From Candidatus Ratteibacteria bacterium (GTDB lineage: Bacteria > Ratteibacteria > UBA8468 > B48-G9 > JAFGKM01): a stretch of DNA of 22,754 nt. The first letter of the stretch is position 1; the number at the start of each line of letters is the position of its first letter. This document shows positions 20,797 to 22,754 of this stretch, one piece after another. The notes under the pieces were generated by a model. It saw only the letters and a program-made list of their open reading frames with translations, was not told the origin of the DNA and searched no databases. The stretch covers positions 1 to 22,754 of the forward strand of contig JBKBIN010000020.1 of NCBI GenBank assembly GCA_046296715.1, in the 5' to 3' direction. The position numbers were made by a program, and so were the translations under genes.

Positions 20797-20899
20797 AATT
20801 AATAAATGATTTTATCACATTTTTTTTAAAAAACCATAGACAAAATTGTATTGTAAAAAATGTGCCAGAAAAAAAATTTTTAATGAAAAATCGGATGTA

Positions 20900-20933
20900 T
20901 TGATTTTCTATTTTTAAAAGAGTAAAATTTACT
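20900..20933 (+). promoter_or_regulatory. Promoter of the amidohydrolase operon with an overlapping inverted repeat
   Basis: TTGATT (20900-20905) - 17 nt - TAAAAT (20923-20928), and AGTAAA-A-TTTACT at 20921-20933. Confidence 0.5.
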
Positions 20934-20958
20934 AAAATTAATTTAAAAATGGAGACAA

Positions 20959-21811
20959 ATGATTGATTATCATGTTCATATTGGTAAGATTTTCTATGGA
21001 AGAAAACATTTAACTCCAAAGAAATTAATTCAAACGATGGATGAAAAAGGTATAGAAAAAGCAGTAATTCTCCCAATTGAAAATCCAGAAGAAACTCACT
21101 GGTATAATACAACTGATAATGTTTTAAAAGTATGTAAAAGATATAAAGATAGATTAATTCCATTCTGTAATGTTGATCCAAGAAGAGGACTAAATAGCGA
21201 AAATGAAGAAAAAATAAAATTTCTTATTGAAGATTATGTTAAAAAAGGAGCAAAAGGTTTTGGAGAAATACTTGCAAATCTACAATTTAATGATAAAAGA
21301 ATGAAAAATATTTATAAGATATGTGGTGAGTTTGGTCTTTCAATTGTTTTTCATCTTGGAGGAGTTCCTTGGAAATCAACAATTGGTTTAACTGATGAAA
21401 TAGGGCTACCCTTTATTGAACAAACTTTAAATGAATTCCCTAATACAATTTTTGTTGCTCATGGACCTGGTTGGTGGGCTGAAATATCAGGAAAAGTTAC
21501 AACTGAAGAAAGAAATACATATCCAAAAGGGAAAATAGAAAAAGAAGGAAAAATTCAATATTTACTTGAAAATTATCCAAATATTTATGCTGACCTTTCT
21601 GCAGGAAGTGCTTATAATGCCTTAACAAGAGATCCTGAATATGGAGTTATATTTTTAGATAAATTTTATAATAAACTTTTATTTGCAACTGATTATTTAC
21701 ATCCAGAACAGGAACTACCAATAATAGAGTATATAAAAAATCTTAGTATCTCTGAGGAAAAGAAAAATAATGTTTGAAAATGCAAAAAAATTGTTAAAAT
21801 TGGAGGAATAA
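20959..21811 (+). CDS. Metal-dependent amidohydrolase (Amidohydro_2-like TIM barrel) with an apparent frameshift near the C-terminus
   Basis: IDYHVH, FH, AHGP, ADLS, LLFATD. The frame stops at 21777, but the +1 frame continues KIMFENAKKLLKLEE* to TAA 21809-21811. Confidence 0.82.
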
Positions 21812-22651
21812 ATGGAAAGGAGAAAGTTTAAAATATATATTTTAGAAAATAACCAAGAACTTGGTCTTTTTGCAAGTAAAAAAGCAGGTGAAATTCTTGA
21901 AAAATATACAAACCAGTTAAATAAAAAATGTTTATGTGTTTTTGCTGCAGCACCTTCTCAGGATACCTTTCTTGAAAATCTATCAAAAAATGAAAATATA
22001 AAATGGGAAAATATTTATGCTTTTCACCTTGATGAATATACTGATTTACCAATTGGGCATCCTAATACTTTTCAAGAATATTTAAAAACACACATTTTTG
22101 AAAAAGTTAATATACCCAAAGAGAATATTTTTTACATGAAAGAAGCAGGAAATAATCCAGATGAAATTATTGAAAATTATACAAAGTTATTTGTAGAAAA
22201 ATATAAAGAAGTAAAAGAAAACGAAGGAATTTATATTGCTTTTATTGGTATAGGAGTTAATGGTCATATTGCTTTTAATGAACCAGAAACAGATTTATGG
22301 ACCGATGAAGTTATAGTTAAAGTAAGGATTGATGAAATATCAGTAAAACAACAATATGAAGATTATAAAAATCATCCAAATCCTAATGCAAGGTATAAAA
22401 GTTTAGATGAAGTCCCAAGAAATGCTTTAACTATGACTGTTAGTGCAATTTTACTTTCAGATAAAATTTTCTGTATGGTTCCGGGAAGACAAAAATCAAA
22501 TGCGGTAAAACAAACAATTGATGGAGATATAACAAATAAAGTTCCATCTTCATTTTTAAGATTGCACCAAGATGTTTCATTATTTCTTGATACTGACTCA
22601 GCACAACTTCTTCTGAAAAAACCAAAAAGTAAAATTGAAAAAGAGGAATAA
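21812..22651 (+). CDS. Glucosamine-6-phosphate deaminase/isomerase (NagB-like) family protein
   Basis: FHLDEY, GIGVNGHIAFNEP, ALTMT, PSSFLRLH. Confidence 0.82.
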   Translation: MERRKFKIYILENNQELGLFASKKAGEILEKYTNQLNKKCLCVFAAAPSQDTFLENLSKNENIKWENIYAFHLDEYTDLPIGHPNTFQEYLKTHIFEKVNIPKENIFYMKEAGNNPDEIIENYTKLFVEKYKEVKENEGIYIAFIGIGVNGHIAFNEPETDLWTDEVIVKVRIDEISVKQQYEDYKNHPNPNARYKSLDEVPRNALTMTVSAILLSDKIFCMVPGRQKSNAVKQTIDGDITNKVPSSFLRLHQDVSLFLDTDSAQLLLKKPKSKIEKEE

Positions 22652-22754
22652 ATGGAAAAACTTGCGATTTTAGGTGGAGAAAAAGCAATAAAATCAAATT
22701 ATGAAGAATATTGTAAATGGCCTATTATAACAAAAGAAATGGAAGAAAAAGTTC
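22652..22754 (+). CDS. DegT/DnrJ/EryC1/StrS-family aminotransferase, N-terminal fragment (runs off the window)
   Basis: Not in the ORF track. The ATG abuts the upstream TAA, and MEKLAILGGEKAIKSNYEEYCKWPIITKEMEEKV fits the 'LAxxGG...WP...E' N-terminus of this family. Confidence 0.65.
   Translation, partial: MEKLAILGGEKAIKSNYEEYCKWPIITKEMEEKV

Overview
Very AT-rich bacterial chromosomal window (standard code, sigma70-type promoters, AGGAGG-type SD sites). The organism is probably an anaerobic diderm: it has Pal, an NfnB/SudA-type flavoprotein and a GTP-PEPCK, and a PVC-related lineage is only my inference. Most genes are housekeeping or metabolic: Zn-dependent polyol dehydrogenase, DUF4870-like membrane protein, MATE, SGNH hydrolase, aspartate aminotransferase, pckG, LysM lipoprotein, pal, ThuA-like protein, M20 amidohydrolase, MscS, serS, ftsB, eno, HAD phosphatase, two paralogous exported coiled-coil proteins, a CvpA-Cys-rich fusion, an NfnB/SudA-like protein, nadB, and an amidohydrolase / NagB-like / DegT-like operon. 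The main observation is absent from the ORF track. A truncated ORF at the left edge (185..1, minus strand) looks like the N-terminus of a REP-associated tyrosine (Y1/HUH) transposase (RAYT-like). Immediately upstream of it is a 15-bp GC-rich hairpin, TCACCTCGTAGGTGT, that recurs identically at two more gene junctions (4026-4040 and 8069-8083). Copy 1 extends to pair with the transposase's own Shine-Dalgarno sequence, copy 2 abuts another gene's SD, and copy 3 supplies the last four codons and stop of the LysM gene. Other observations are a frameshifted amidohydrolase C-terminus, operator-like palindromes at the eno, pckG and amidohydrolase promoters, and candidate leaderless genes.
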